Positions 28,173 through 38,999 of a stretch of 64,000 bases of DNA are shown here, piece by piece (within the stretch, counting starts at the first letter, position 1; each line of letters opens with the position of its first letter). The stretch comes from Patescibacteria group bacterium (lineage in GTDB: Bacteria; Patescibacteriota; Patescibacteriia; Magasanikbacterales; GWA2-37-8), in assembly GCA_041661385.1 (NCBI GenBank), contig JBAZUP010000001.1, positions 209,692-273,691 of the forward strand, given 5' to 3'. The notes under the pieces are model-generated. The model saw nothing but the letters and a program-made list of their open reading frames with translations, ran no database searches and had not been told where the DNA came from. The position numbers and the translations under genes were made by a program.

Positions 28173-29423
28173 TTATTTTTTCAAAAGCTCCAATGCTTTT
28201 TGAATTACCACATCTTCACCAATCGCTTCCTTTTCAAATTCTTCTTTAACTTCAATATTTGGAGTTATTCCTTTTTCATTAATATTATTTCCGGCCGGAG
28301 TATACCATTCTGCTACCGTAACTTTTAATGCCGAACCGTCGGAAAGCACTTGATAGTCCTGTACTGAACCCTTTCCAAAAGTCTGCTCGCCGATCACAGT
28401 GGCGGCTTTATTATCCTGAAGCGCGCCCGCAACAATTTCCGAAGCTGAAGCCGAACCCTTGTTTACAAGAACAACCGTCTTAATGCCAGAAAGCCGATGC
28501 AAACCTTCGGTATAATGTATATTTTCACTTCCGTCACTAAATTTCTCACTTACTATTTTGCCTTCTGGAACCCATTCACTCGACATCGTTATCGCCGCAT
28601 CAAGGTATCCGCCCGGGTTACCGCGCAAATCTAAAATAATTCCGGCTGGTTTTTTATTTTGAATATCACCAATATATTTATTTAGCTGTGGTATGGTATT
28701 TTCGTTAAATTGCATTATCCTAAGATAAGCGATATTGCCGGTCTTTTCCGAATATATCACCGAAGGTACGTTGATCTTTGCCCGATGAATAGAAAAATCC
28801 CTTACCTTATCCCAACCATTCCGCATAATCGTAAGTTTGACACTGCTGGTTGCGGGCCCGCGAATATTTTCAACTGCAGTGTTGGTGTCCATTCCAACCG
28901 TTGGCTTACCATCAATAAGCATAATTTTATCTCCCGGTTTAAGACCGGCTTTTTCTGCTGGTGTATTTGGTAACGGTGAAATAATCATGAGTTGATTATT
29001 TTTAATTCCAATTTCAGCTCCGATACCATTAAATTCACCTGATAAACTTTTGCTAAATTCAGATGCTGCCATTGGAGGAAAATATACTGAGTACGGATCA
29101 CCAAGGCCGGCTACCATTCCCTGAATTGCTCCATAAAAAAGATCCTTATCTTTAATATCTTGCTGTTTAACATATTTTTGTTTTATCGCATCCCACACTT
29201 CCCAAAACTGATTAAACGAAACTTCTCCTGAATGGTTAATTAACCGGTTCAAGTCAGTGACTTTTTCAATACTTACTTGTCCATTCTCATTGGTGATGGT
29301 TTTCTTTACATACATCGCCTCTCCGGCAAGTACTCCCACTCCAAAAATTAAAAAAGCAGCACTAACACCAAGATAAATGTTAATGTATTTAATTGATCTA
29401 AAATTCCTAAGTCCGTTAAACAT
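28173..29423 (-). CDS. Carboxyl-terminal processing protease (S41, PDZ)
   Basis: DPYS, GIGAEI (PDZ), DLRGNPGG, SASASEI, TFGKGSVQ. Confidence 0.93.
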   Translation of the reverse strand: MFNGLRNFRSIKYINIYLGVSAAFLIFGVGVLAGEAMYVKKTITNENGQVSIEKVTDLNRLINHSGEVSFNQFWEVWDAIKQKYVKQQDIKDKDLFYGAIQGMVAGLGDPYSVYFPPMAASEFSKSLSGEFNGIGAEIGIKNNQLMIISPLPNTPAEKAGLKPGDKIMLIDGKPTVGMDTNTAVENIRGPATSSVKLTIMRNGWDKVRDFSIHRAKINVPSVIYSEKTGNIAYLRIMQFNENTIPQLNKYIGDIQNKKPAGIILDLRGNPGGYLDAAITMSSEWVPEGKIVSEKFSDGSENIHYTEGLHRLSGIKTVVLVNKGSASASEIVAGALQDNKAATVIGEQTFGKGSVQDYQVLSDGSALKVTVAEWYTPAGNNINEKGITPNIEVKEEFEKEAIGEDVVIQKALELLKK

Positions 29424-29429
29424 AAAATA

Positions 29430-30737
29430 TTATTCGTTTATAACTTCAATTTGAGCGCCAGCGGCGCAAAGTGTTTCATAAAGATTTTCGTACCCTCGAT
29501 CAATTGTATAAGTATTACGCAGAATTGACCGGCCTTTCGCCGCGAGCATCGCAATAAGTACGTTTACCGCCGGGCGCAGCGCTGGCGGAGCAACCACTTC
29601 ATTTGGTAAAAAATTAACCGGGCCTTCCACCCATACTCGGTGGGTGTCCACTAAATCTATTTTAGCACCTAATTTTTTTAATTCCAGACTATAAATGGCC
29701 CGATCTTCGTAAACCCAATCATGAATCATAGTGCGCCCCTTTGCGGTCGCAACAATTGGAATAAATAGCGGTAAATTATCGATGTTTAACCCGGGAAACG
29801 GACGACATTCAATTTTGTCTGGCAAGGCTACCAATTTGCTTGGAAAAATTTCAATATCAACCAAGGTAAATGCTCCGCTTTTTGATAAGTGTTGATTTTT
29901 AATTTTTAATTTTTGACCCATTATTTCCAGTTTATACATTTCCAATTCCAAAAACTCCAACGGACAATTTTTTATCGTGAGGTGAGATTTGGTTACAATG
30001 CCGGCGGAAATTAAAGTCATCGCCACAATCGGATCAGGCATAATTGGATAATCTTTGACCGAGTGTAATTTTGAAACACCTTCGATGGTAAGAGTAGTAG
30101 TACCCAGTCCGGATATTTTGGCGCCTGCCTTCACCAAAAAGTGGCACAAATCTTGTACCGTATAGTTGGCTGAGGCCATTTTTATTACCGTTTTACCTTT
30201 GGCGAGTACCGCGCCCATAATAGCATTTGCGGTAGCAGTATCACCAGATTCGTACATGATTATTTCAGCACCTTTTAAAATAGAATTATTTTCAACCTGA
30301 TAAAACCCGGGAAATGTTTCTACCTTAACTCCGAGCTTTCCCAAAGCATAAAGATGAGGGCGAACGGTCCGGTTTCCAAGTTTGCAACCCCCTGAACGAT
30401 AGAGTTTATATTTTTTTTCACGGTGCGCTAGCGCCCCAAGTAGCATGAGACCGGCTCTGGTAACTTCAGCGGCATGACGATCCATTTTTTGAAGAGTAAG
30501 CGGCCGGCTGGAATCGACTTGTAATGTGCCGGGTTTTATTTTAGTGACCCGTACTCCAATGCTGACCAATAGTTCAATTATCCTATTTACCTCTTCAATT
30601 TGCGGAACGTCTGAAAGAACCACCTTCCCGCGTACCATAACAGACGCGCACAAAATAGCGAGAGCCGAATTCTTGGCAGATTGATTTAACAGGGTCCCGG
30701 AAAGCTTTTTTCCGCCCTCTACGATAAGGTATGCCAT
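29430..30737 (-). CDS. murA: UDP-N-acetylglucosamine 1-carboxyvinyltransferase
   Basis: AKNSAL, GGCKLGNR (catalytic Cys), PFPG, IDRGYE. Confidence 0.9.
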   Translation of the reverse strand: MAYLIVEGGKKLSGTLLNQSAKNSALAILCASVMVRGKVVLSDVPQIEEVNRIIELLVSIGVRVTKIKPGTLQVDSSRPLTLQKMDRHAAEVTRAGLMLLGALAHREKKYKLYRSGGCKLGNRTVRPHLYALGKLGVKVETFPGFYQVENNSILKGAEIIMYESGDTATANAIMGAVLAKGKTVIKMASANYTVQDLCHFLVKAGAKISGLGTTTLTIEGVSKLHSVKDYPIMPDPIVAMTLISAGIVTKSHLTIKNCPLEFLELEMYKLEIMGQKLKIKNQHLSKSGAFTLVDIEIFPSKLVALPDKIECRPFPGLNIDNLPLFIPIVATAKGRTMIHDWVYEDRAIYSLELKKLGAKIDLVDTHRVWVEGPVNFLPNEVVAPPALRPAVNVLIAMLAAKGRSILRNTYTIDRGYENLYETLCAAGAQIEVINE

Positions 30738-30816
30738 ACTTTACTTAGCAATAAATTTCAGGTAAACTGAAGTATACTATATTTATTATGGATTTACAAC
30801 TTTAACGGATAAGCCA

Positions 30817-32169
30817 ATGGAATACCCAGGAGCTAAATTTCGCCGTCCGATTCGCCTCACAATGTTAATCCTGTTTATAACGGCTTTTTTTATTATTTCG
30901 CCCCTCGTTATCCTTTATAGCGCCGGTTATCGTTTTGATTTTAAAAACGGCTTATTAAAGGAAACCGGCAGTTTAAGCGTGGATATTTTACCCAAAACTG
31001 CGGCAGTTTATCTGGAAGGTTTAAAAATTGACCAAACCCTGCCAGTTAGACTAAATAATATTACTCCTCATAAATATACGATCCTCCTTAGCGCGCCTGG
31101 TTATTACGACTTTGAAAAACAAATCGAAATAAACAAAAATCAAACCACCTATATAAAGGAGCTAGTTTTAATAAAAAAAGATAAGCCAAAGCTTGTTTCA
31201 AAAGATTTGGCGCTAGTAACCGCTCTTTCAGTTTCCGGAAAATCCTTGGCTTATATTATAAAAGAAAAAAATAATTACGTGGTAAAAATTTCTGATGAGC
31301 AAACCGGCAGCGTCACAACTGTTTTAAAAATAGCCGACGACGAAATTCCAAATTTATCCTGGTCACCAACCGGTGAATTTTTGGCTGTTCACTCAAAATT
31401 TTCTCCTTATAAACAATTTTTTGTCGTAAATGTTTCTGCGATTGCGCCAAAAGTATCGGATCTAGCTCTAATAAATAAAAGTATTATCGATAAATATATT
31501 TGGAGTCAAGATGTTGAACCAAAACTACATTTTGAGTCTGGCGGAAATATTTATTCTTTCCTTCCCCGTCTTAATAATGCGAGCCGAATTGCCTCAAGCA
31601 GTTTCCAAGACTGGTATTTGGACGAGGGTTCACTATGGACGATTGATTATATCACCACCTCAAAACAACTAGCTATATACAGCGACACCCTTGGATTTAA
31701 ATCTTTTTTTGCTTCGATTTCCGAAAATAATGAGTACGCTTCTTCATCTTTAAAAAAACTTAAACTTGAATCGGCGAAAAAAAATACCGTGGTACTCGCT
31801 GATTCAGAAACCGGAAAATTTTTAATTGTGAAACGTGATAAATATTTTACCGTGAACGCCGATAAAATGTTTTATTCTAAATTTAATAACTGGCTAATCC
31901 TGTGGAATTCATTTGAATTATGGACCTACAGTGAAAATGACGAACCGTATTTATTAAACCGTTCCGGAGAAAAACTAAATGACATAATACCGCTCGATCA
32001 ATATAACACCCTTGGTTTACTTTGGAATAATGAAATTTCGGCGTTGTACCCCTATTTTTATACCGAACGCTCAATTGTAAACGACAAAATTTCATCAATG
32101 ACGGCGAATCCGGACCAGAGAATTATTTACTATAGTAATTCAAATGGAATTTGGAAAATAAATTATTAA
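30817..32169 (+). CDS. PEGA-domain membrane protein with beta-propeller-like region
   Basis: TM then GYRFD..TGSLSV..P..A.VYL.G...GYYDFEK, a PEGA-like pattern. Confidence 0.65.
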   Translation: MEYPGAKFRRPIRLTMLILFITAFFIISPLVILYSAGYRFDFKNGLLKETGSLSVDILPKTAAVYLEGLKIDQTLPVRLNNITPHKYTILLSAPGYYDFEKQIEINKNQTTYIKELVLIKKDKPKLVSKDLALVTALSVSGKSLAYIIKEKNNYVVKISDEQTGSVTTVLKIADDEIPNLSWSPTGEFLAVHSKFSPYKQFFVVNVSAIAPKVSDLALINKSIIDKYIWSQDVEPKLHFESGGNIYSFLPRLNNASRIASSSFQDWYLDEGSLWTIDYITTSKQLAIYSDTLGFKSFFASISENNEYASSSLKKLKLESAKKNTVVLADSETGKFLIVKRDKYFTVNADKMFYSKFNNWLILWNSFELWTYSENDEPYLLNRSGEKLNDIIPLDQYNTLGLLWNNEISALYPYFYTERSIVNDKISSMTANPDQRIIYYSNSNGIWKINY

Positions 32170-32179
32170 AAACATTTTT

Positions 32180-32578
32180 ATGAAATTAACAACTTTCACC
32201 GACGGCGGCGCGCGCGGCAACCCAGGCCCGGCTGCAGCTGGAATTGTTATAAAAAATGAAGCGGGTGAAACTTTAGCTTCTTATGGAGTATATCTCGGAG
32301 AGCAAACAAATAATTATGCTGAGTACTCCGCGCTTCTTGAAGCTTTAAATAAATCCCTTAAACTCGGCGCTTCTGAAGTAGAATGTTTCCTAGATAGCGA
32401 ACTGGTTGTAAAACAAATGCGGCGTGAATACAAAGTAAAAGAACCCGCCTTACAAAAATTATTTATCAAAGTTTATAATTCAGCTGCAGCATTTAAAAAA
32501 GTAACTTACCACCACATTCGCAGAGAAAAAAACAAAGAAGCTGATGCTGAAGTCAATAAAACTCTTGATCTTCAATAA
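32180..32578 (+). CDS. rnhA: Ribonuclease HI family
   Basis: TDGGARGNPGPA, TNNYAEY, DSELVV, REKNKEAD. Confidence 0.9.
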   Translation: MKLTTFTDGGARGNPGPAAAGIVIKNEAGETLASYGVYLGEQTNNYAEYSALLEALNKSLKLGASEVECFLDSELVVKQMRREYKVKEPALQKLFIKVYNSAAAFKKVTYHHIRREKNKEADAEVNKTLDLQ

Positions 32579-32606
32579 AAAAAACCGCCCTATAGGGCGG
32601 TTTTTA
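32577..32606. terminator. Bidirectional terminator
   Basis: AAAAAAAACCGCCC-tata-GGGCGGTTTTT. Confidence 0.8.
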
Positions 32607-32608
32607 GT

Positions 32609-33757
32609 TTAATTATCGGATTCATTAGCGCTGGATTCTTTGAGCAGCTCAGCTCGCTTTTCTTCTTCATGTTTTTTTTCTTCTTCTAGCTTCTTCTCGC
32701 TTTCAGATTGTCTTTCTCTTTCTTGAATAACTGCCTTTGATTCCGAACGATACCAACGTGTCTCTTGGTCACGCTCATTTACTTCCAGGCGAATTTGTGT
32801 CGAACTGGCAATAACTTGTTCAATGCGAGCCGGAGTGCTACTCGAATAAATCTTGTATTCATTTTCATTATCAATCACTCTTATCTCCCCTTTTTCATTT
32901 TGAATAATTTTTATTTTCTCCTTTGTTTTAGATTTTGTAAACTTCTTTAAAATATTGTTATTTTTAAAGAATGAATTTTTTGCATTAGTATTTCGATCCT
33001 CTCGGTCGAATTCAACTAGGGTACTGGTCGGAAAAGAAAGAGTTGTACTAGCCACAGATGTAGAACTTGTAAAAACAATCGGCTCCTGTAATTCAGCATC
33101 TTTTATTTTGTGACGGTTAATTCGTTCTTGAATTTTCACTTTTAAATTATTGGCTTCTTCTGAATCGCCTAATTTAGCTTCCATATCCTCTAGATTGTGA
33201 TCAACATTTTCAATGTCCCGATCAATCAATTCAACCTCGCGGGGCTGAGTAGTAATTACAATTAAATTCGATGATGTCGGGCTAAAAGCTTCGCTTACTG
33301 TTCCAGATGTAGTTAAGGTTGAAGTAGCTAAAGAATTTTGTTCGACGGAAGAAAAAGTTAATTTAATTTCTGAACCGACTTTATCCACGATTACATCACG
33401 CTCGGCTTCACGGCGACCGGCTTTTTTAAATAAAAATTTAACTTTAGCCTCCGGACTAACTTTTGTTTGTTCTTCAATTTTTTCTAAACTAATTTTAATC
33501 GGATAAAGCACACTGCCTTCGGTGACCTGCGGTGAATTATACGCGTAGGCGCTAGTGCCAACCATACTAACTCCTAAAGTGCTAGCAATTATAATTCGAG
33601 TTGTTTTAACCCAAACATACCGGTACCAAATACCGGGTTTGCCATAAACCATATCAAATTGCCTAGAAAGAAGAGCGTTTAATTCACGCTTAAAACCAGG
33701 CCTTGGTTCAAGATCCTTTTGTGCCTTCTTCAAGTTGTACCAAAGTTTTAGGTTCAT
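32609..33757 (-). CDS. Putative anti-sigma factor (DUF5667-like)
   Basis: Overlaps the ECF sigma stop; single TM then AYAY..VTEGSVLYPIKISLE; low-complexity C-terminus. Confidence 0.6.
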   Translation of the reverse strand: MNLKLWYNLKKAQKDLEPRPGFKRELNALLSRQFDMVYGKPGIWYRYVWVKTTRIIIASTLGVSMVGTSAYAYNSPQVTEGSVLYPIKISLEKIEEQTKVSPEAKVKFLFKKAGRREAERDVIVDKVGSEIKLTFSSVEQNSLATSTLTTSGTVSEAFSPTSSNLIVITTQPREVELIDRDIENVDHNLEDMEAKLGDSEEANNLKVKIQERINRHKIKDAELQEPIVFTSSTSVASTTLSFPTSTLVEFDREDRNTNAKNSFFKNNNILKKFTKSKTKEKIKIIQNEKGEIRVIDNENEYKIYSSSTPARIEQVIASSTQIRLEVNERDQETRWYRSESKAVIQERERQSESEKKLEEEKKHEEEKRAELLKESSANESDN

Positions 33758-34263
33758 AAATATTCCTTCATCTTCTTTATTATCCGGTGCGAAGCTACCT
33801 TCACCGCACCCTCCGTGGTGTTAATCATTGTGGCTACTTCTGCGTAATTATACCCGATAATATAGTGTAATGTTACAATTTCTGCTTCTTCTTTACTTAA
33901 TTTAGCCAAAATTTCATAAACCAAATTCTTGTTTGCCTGCTTTTCTGCCACTTTTAAGGCTGATTTAAGCCATTTTGAATCATTATTACCTTCTTCATCA
34001 TCTTCGTTGATATTATCAATCGGCACCGTTAATTTACGATCACGCCAATAATTAGCAAGGTGATTTTTAGTTATCGTCATTAGCCAGGCGGTTTTACTGC
34101 GAGTTTCATCATAGTCGGAAAAATGCTGTAAAACTTTCATGAATATTTCCGAAACCAGGTCTTCCGATAATTCACGATCGTGACACCGAAAAAAAACAAA
34201 GCGGTAAACCTTGTCAAAATGAGTCTGATAAAATTTTTCGAATTCCTGCTTTAATGAAGACAT
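33754..34263 (-). CDS. ECF RNA polymerase sigma factor
   Basis: Region 2 EDLVSEIF...AWL.TITKN; region 4 YAEVA.....EGAVKV..HR. Confidence 0.9.
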   Translation of the reverse strand: MSSLKQEFEKFYQTHFDKVYRFVFFRCHDRELSEDLVSEIFMKVLQHFSDYDETRSKTAWLMTITKNHLANYWRDRKLTVPIDNINEDDEEGNNDSKWLKSALKVAEKQANKNLVYEILAKLSKEEAEIVTLHYIIGYNYAEVATMINTTEGAVKVASHRIIKKMKEYL

Positions 34264-34301
34264 AAATCTGTAGCAGACATCCAACTATTTAATCAGATTA
34301 T

Positions 34302-35390
34302 TTATTGCTTGTCCAGTTCGTCGAGAAGTTTTCGGTAATTTTTACTAATCTTTTTGGGTACAATAATTTTAACTCGAACATAGTGATCTCCCCTACCGCG
34401 CCCGCCAACTTCCTGAACACCATGTCCCTTCAACCTTATTAGCTGGCCCGATTCTGTTCCTTCAGGAATCTTAATTTCTAGCTGGCCATCAATGGTTTCT
34501 ACCTTGACCGTCGCGCCAATTACAGCTTTTGAGTACGAAATTTCCTGATCCGTATAAACATCAAAACCATCTCTTGTAAAAATTTTTGAAGGTTTGATAC
34601 GAATACGCACATAAAGATCGCCGCTTGTCCCGTTGTGCGGCGCCGCCTCGCCATGACCGGTCAATCGAATTGATTGGCCATTATCAATTCCAGCCGGAAT
34701 TTTTACTTTTACTTGATTATTTTTTGAAAGTATTCCATCGCCGCCGCAATGTTTGCATTTTTTTGCCGCGTGCTTGCCTCGGCCATTACAGGTAGGACAA
34801 TTTGCAACGGTCTGAACGGTTCCAAGAATGGTTCGTTGATTTTGAAGAATTTGCCCCTGTCCATTACACGAAGTACATGTTTCAAGTTTACTGCCCGGTT
34901 CAGCTCCGCTACCCTTACATACCTCGCAAGTAGACTGCCTTCGCAGATTTAATTCTTTTTCAATCCCAAACGCCGCTTCTTTAAAATCTAATTCAACATC
35001 AACCTGAATATCATGGCCGCGCGCTTGCCTTGGACCACCACGGCGTCCGCCGCCGCCAAAGCCAAACATATCACCAAAAATATCACCAAAATCGGCACCG
35101 CCGAAATTCGCGGAACCGCCTCCATTACGAAAAGCGCCCATCACATCTTCCCAGCTGGCTCCGCCAAAACCGCCCTGCTGTTCAAAGTCAGATCCAAACT
35201 GTTCGTATTTTTTTCTTTTTTCCGCATCGCCCAGCACTTGATAGGCTTCGTTTATTTCTTTAAACTTTGCCTCATTTCCACCCGGTCGGTCGGGGTGGTG
35301 TTGCATCGCAGCTTTTTTGAAAGCTTTTTTTATTTCGTCAGTTGAAGCATTTTTTTCAACTCCGAGTATTTTATAATAATCCTTTGACAT
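34302..35390 (-). CDS. dnaJ: Chaperone DnaJ
   Basis: J domain HPD, G/F region, four CxxCxGxG repeats. Confidence 0.97.
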   Translation of the reverse strand: MSKDYYKILGVEKNASTDEIKKAFKKAAMQHHPDRPGGNEAKFKEINEAYQVLGDAEKRKKYEQFGSDFEQQGGFGGASWEDVMGAFRNGGGSANFGGADFGDIFGDMFGFGGGGRRGGPRQARGHDIQVDVELDFKEAAFGIEKELNLRRQSTCEVCKGSGAEPGSKLETCTSCNGQGQILQNQRTILGTVQTVANCPTCNGRGKHAAKKCKHCGGDGILSKNNQVKVKIPAGIDNGQSIRLTGHGEAAPHNGTSGDLYVRIRIKPSKIFTRDGFDVYTDQEISYSKAVIGATVKVETIDGQLEIKIPEGTESGQLIRLKGHGVQEVGGRGRGDHYVRVKIIVPKKISKNYRKLLDELDKQ

Positions 35391-35392
35391 AA

Positions 35393-35689
35393 CTATCTTT
35401 TTAAACCAATACTTTCCTCTCTTTCAACTTCACTTCGTAGTTCTTGATAGAGATTTTTTGCTGCATCGCTAATTTTTGCATCCCAATTCGGAAGATCAAC
35501 CCACTTCACACCATTAATTATTTCACCTTTAATATTTTCTTTTAACCATTCTCGGTGATCATTTTTTAGTTCGCTTAATTCTCTTTCAACCGAACACTCC
35601 GAACATAACCCATGTGAAGTGTTTTTATTTTCAAAAGGAATTTTCTCTTTTTCTTGCCTACGCCCGCAATCCATGCAAACGACAATCAT
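35393..35689 (-). CDS. Small hypothetical protein with putative Zn finger (CxxC...HGLCxxC)
   Basis: CMDC and SHGLCSEC; ends 2 bp before the dnaJ start. Confidence 0.65.
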   Translation of the reverse strand: MIVVCMDCGRRQEKEKIPFENKNTSHGLCSECSVERELSELKNDHREWLKENIKGEIINGVKWVDLPNWDAKISDAAKNLYQELRSEVEREESIGLKR

Positions 35690-35743
35690 ACATAATAATT
35701 ATCAAGCACCACAACGAGTGCATGACCCTAAACCCGATGTGGT

Positions 35744-37663
35744 TTAGGGTTTTTGTTCATCAACTACTTCACCCTCAATTGGACCCTCGTCCTTCTTGTC
35801 GCCGGCAGCTCCACCACCTGGCTGTCCTGCAGACGGTCCACCTTGCGGTTGTTGAGTTTGTTGGTAAAGTTTGGCTCCAACTGCTTGGCCAGCCTTAGAA
35901 AGCTCCTCTGAGGCCTTTTTAATAGCCTCGACATCATCCTTATCTTTTACTTCTTTCATTTTGGCAACTGCCTCAGTCACCGCTTTCTTTTCATCTTCAG
36001 TAATATTTATTTTTTTCTCTTCAATATCTTTCATCATTTTTTCTGTGGTGTAAACCATAGTATCTGCGAGGTTGCGGGTTTCAATTAGCTCCTGCTTTTT
36101 CTTATCTTCGGTTGCATGAAGCTCGGCATCCTTCTTCATATTTTCTATATCCTCTTTAGAAAGACTGGTAGAAGATTCAATACGAATTGACTGCTCTTTA
36201 TTTGTTCCTTTGTCTTTGGCTTTTACGCTGATAATGCCATTTGCATCTATATCAAAAGTAACTTCAATTTGCGGAACACCGCGCGGAGCCGGAGGGATAC
36301 CAGTGAGTTCAAACTGGCCCATTAATTTATTATCATTAAACATCGAGCGTTCACCCTGAGCGACTCGAATTGAAACTGCCGGTTGACTATCGGCGGCGGT
36401 AGAAAATACCTGAGTCTTGCTGGTCGGGATAGTAGTGTTGCGTTCGATAAGCTTGGTGAAAATTTGACCCATGGTTTCAATACCAAGAGAAAGCGGGGTC
36501 ACATCAAGCAAAAGCACATCTTTGACATCGCCTTTTAATACTCCACCTTGAACAGCAGCGCCAACAGCGACTACTTCATCAGGGTTCACACTGATATTCG
36601 GCTTCTTACCAAAATATTTTTCAACTGTAGAGAGAACCAGTGGCATGCGAGTCATTCCACCGACCATTACAATTTCATTAATATCTTTAAGGTCCATTTT
36701 GGCATCGGCAAGAGCATTCTTTACCGGCTGAAGAGTATTACTAACTAAATCACCAACCAAATCTTCCAATTTAGAGCGAGAAAGTTTAATCATTAAGTGT
36801 TTCGGACCATTGGCGTCAGAAGTAATAAATGGCTGATTGATTTCCGTTTCTTGAGCGGTTGAAAGTTCAATTTTGGCTTTTTCAGCCGCCTCTTTAATAC
36901 GTTGAAGAGCTAAATTGTCTTTACCAAGATCAATACCATTTTCTTTTTTGAACTCATCAAGAATCCATTGAATAATGCGTTGATCAAAATCGTCACCACC
37001 GAGATGTGTATCACCGTTGGTCGCAAGAACGTGAACAGAATCTTCACTTACTTCAAGAACCGATACATCAAATGTACCACCGCCTAAATCGTACACCATT
37101 ATTTTTTGTTCTTTCTTTTTATCAAAACCATATGCAAGCGCCGCGGCGGTCGGTTCGTTTATAATGCGAAGCACTGTAAGACCGGCAATTTCACCGGCGT
37201 CTTTGGTGGCCTGTCGCTGTGAGTCATCAAAATATGCTGGCACAGTGATAACTGCTTCAGTAATTTTTTCACCGGTTCGTTCTTCGGCATCAGCTTTCAT
37301 TTTTCCAAGTATCATGGCCGAGATTTCTTGCGGGGTGTGTTCTTTTCCACCAACTAATACCTTTACGCCTTCACCGCTTTTTACCATCTTAAATGGCATG
37401 TGTTTTAGGTCGCGTTGCACTTCTGAATCTTCCCACTTGCGGCCAATCAGGCGCTTAATGGAATATAAGGTGTTTTCCGGGTTGGTCACTGCCTGGCGCT
37501 TGGCAAGCTGGCCCACCAACCGTTCACCGCTTTTTGAGACAGCGACAACCGATGGAGTCGTGCGCGCTCCTTCTTTGTTTTCCAGCACCTTCGGCTGGCC
37601 ACCTTCAATAATAGCCATACACGAATTAGTTGTACCTAAGTCTATTCCGAGAACTTTGCTCAT
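35744..37663 (-). CDS. dnaK: Chaperone DnaK
   Basis: [34 protein letters not shown]. Confidence 0.98.
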   Translation of the reverse strand: MSKVLGIDLGTTNSCMAIIEGGQPKVLENKEGARTTPSVVAVSKSGERLVGQLAKRQAVTNPENTLYSIKRLIGRKWEDSEVQRDLKHMPFKMVKSGEGVKVLVGGKEHTPQEISAMILGKMKADAEERTGEKITEAVITVPAYFDDSQRQATKDAGEIAGLTVLRIINEPTAAALAYGFDKKKEQKIMVYDLGGGTFDVSVLEVSEDSVHVLATNGDTHLGGDDFDQRIIQWILDEFKKENGIDLGKDNLALQRIKEAAEKAKIELSTAQETEINQPFITSDANGPKHLMIKLSRSKLEDLVGDLVSNTLQPVKNALADAKMDLKDINEIVMVGGMTRMPLVLSTVEKYFGKKPNISVNPDEVVAVGAAVQGGVLKGDVKDVLLLDVTPLSLGIETMGQIFTKLIERNTTIPTSKTQVFSTAADSQPAVSIRVAQGERSMFNDNKLMGQFELTGIPPAPRGVPQIEVTFDIDANGIISVKAKDKGTNKEQSIRIESSTSLSKEDIENMKKDAELHATEDKKKQELIETRNLADTMVYTTEKMMKDIEEKKINITEDEKKAVTEAVAKMKEVKDKDDVEAIKKASEELSKAGQAVGAKLYQQTQQPQGGPSAGQPGGGAAGDKKDEGPIEGEVVDEQKP

Positions 37664-37702
37664 AGTAAATTTTGATTATTAGTAATTAGTAGCTATTTGT
37701 AG

Positions 37703-37738
37703 CCCGCCTGCAACGCTATGCGTAGCATTGCGGGCAGG
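37703..37738. repeat. GC-rich REP-like palindrome between grpE and dnaK
   Basis: Minus strand CCTGCCCGCAATGCTA-cgca-TAGCGTTGCAGGCGGG, 16-position stem with one mismatch and two G-U pairs, no U-tract. Confidence 0.6.
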
Positions 37739-37788
37739 TTCCCAAATCAATTCCAAGTACTTTTGACATAAGTGAAAATATTTATTAT

Positions 37789-38304
37789 TTATTTAGAAAT
37801 TATTACTCTTGCTGGTTTTATTACCCTCTTCCCCATTTTATATCCTCCCGAAACTTCACGAATTATTTTTCCAGACTTTTCGCCATCTTCTTCCCCGGCT
37901 GCCTCATGAAAAACCGGATCAAACATTTCTCCAACAGTTTTTATTTCTTCTACATCGTGCGCCTTTAGTACATCCCCAAATTGCTTCATGATATAGCCGA
38001 TTCCATCAATCCAGTTTTTAATATTTTTCTGGTCGCCATTGAGGTCGGGATGATGATAAAACGCAGTTTTGAAATGGTCATAAACCGGTATAAACTCTTC
38101 CAAAATCTGCTGTTCACTCATTTGCACCCATTCGGCGCGCCTCGCTTCGGTTTCTTTTTTTAAATTCTGATAATCTGCCATTGCTCTTTGCCAGCCGAGT
38201 TTGTATTCAGCGGATTGCAACTCGCATTTTTCTAACGGCGAAAGTTCAACGGCTTCGGCTTTTTGCTCTTCAGCATTTTCTTCATTTTTTTGTTCGTCGG
38301 TCAT
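37789..38304 (-). CDS. grpE: Nucleotide exchange factor GrpE
   Basis: RAMADYQNLKK, FDPVFHEA, GYKMGKRVIKPARV. Confidence 0.95.
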   Translation of the reverse strand: MTDEQKNEENAEEQKAEAVELSPLEKCELQSAEYKLGWQRAMADYQNLKKETEARRAEWVQMSEQQILEEFIPVYDHFKTAFYHHPDLNGDQKNIKNWIDGIGYIMKQFGDVLKAHDVEEIKTVGEMFDPVFHEAAGEEDGEKSGKIIREVSGGYKMGKRVIKPARVIISK

Positions 38305-38306
38305 AA

Positions 38307-38993
38307 TTAAATTATTTCAATAATCTTGTGAATCAGTCCCCAATTCTTTTTATAATTCATGCGCTGAGGGCCAAGGAGCACAATGAGTGATTTGTTGTCG
38401 TCGCCGAACCGGCTAGCAACCACTGAGAGCATGCTGCCAAACGGGTGGTCTTCACCAAGATAAAATTCGGGTTCATTTTTAACTTTTTGGAAAAATTCCG
38501 GCAAGCATTCGTCGCTGTGATCAAACGCCTCGGACACTGTCGCAATTTGTTTCATTTCTTCAAAATCCGGCTTCTCAAACAAATTTGCAAGACCAGTATA
38601 ATACACTTTTTCCGGTGAAAAAGCGATGAGTACAGTCTCGTCCGATACTTCAACTAATTTTTTTGCGACATTTTTCATCGCCTGTTCAAAATCGTTGTAA
38701 GCGCTAAATGCCTCTTTGAGTAAATCACTATCTTTGCGACTAGTCGTATCGACACCGCGATTAAGCTGGCGTAGATAATATTCATAGCCCTTGGTGGTTG
38801 GAACGCGTCCAGCGGAAGTGTGGGGGTGAGATAAATAACCTTCTTCTTCAAGAGCGCGCAGTTCATTACGAACAGTGGCCTCACTCCAATCGAGTCCGGC
38901 TTTCTCTACCAAAAAACGCGAGCCAACCGGTTCGGCTGTCGCGATATATGTTTCAATAACTAAATTCAATAATTTTTGCTGTCTTGGTTCCAT
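38307..38993 (-). CDS. hrcA: Heat-inducible repressor HrcA (short form)
   Basis: YIATAEPVGS, SEATVRNE, HPHTSAGRVPT, LGPQRMNY; first gene before grpE-dnaK. Confidence 0.92.
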   Translation of the reverse strand: MEPRQQKLLNLVIETYIATAEPVGSRFLVEKAGLDWSEATVRNELRALEEEGYLSHPHTSAGRVPTTKGYEYYLRQLNRGVDTTSRKDSDLLKEAFSAYNDFEQAMKNVAKKLVEVSDETVLIAFSPEKVYYTGLANLFEKPDFEEMKQIATVSEAFDHSDECLPEFFQKVKNEPEFYLGEDHPFGSMLSVVASRFGDDNKSLIVLLGPQRMNYKKNWGLIHKIIEII

Positions 38994-38999
38994 GTTCGT

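Noticed and set aside
37164-37682. 172-aa ORF antisense to dnaK
   Set aside because: Antisense shadow frame of a conserved gene; no independent signals
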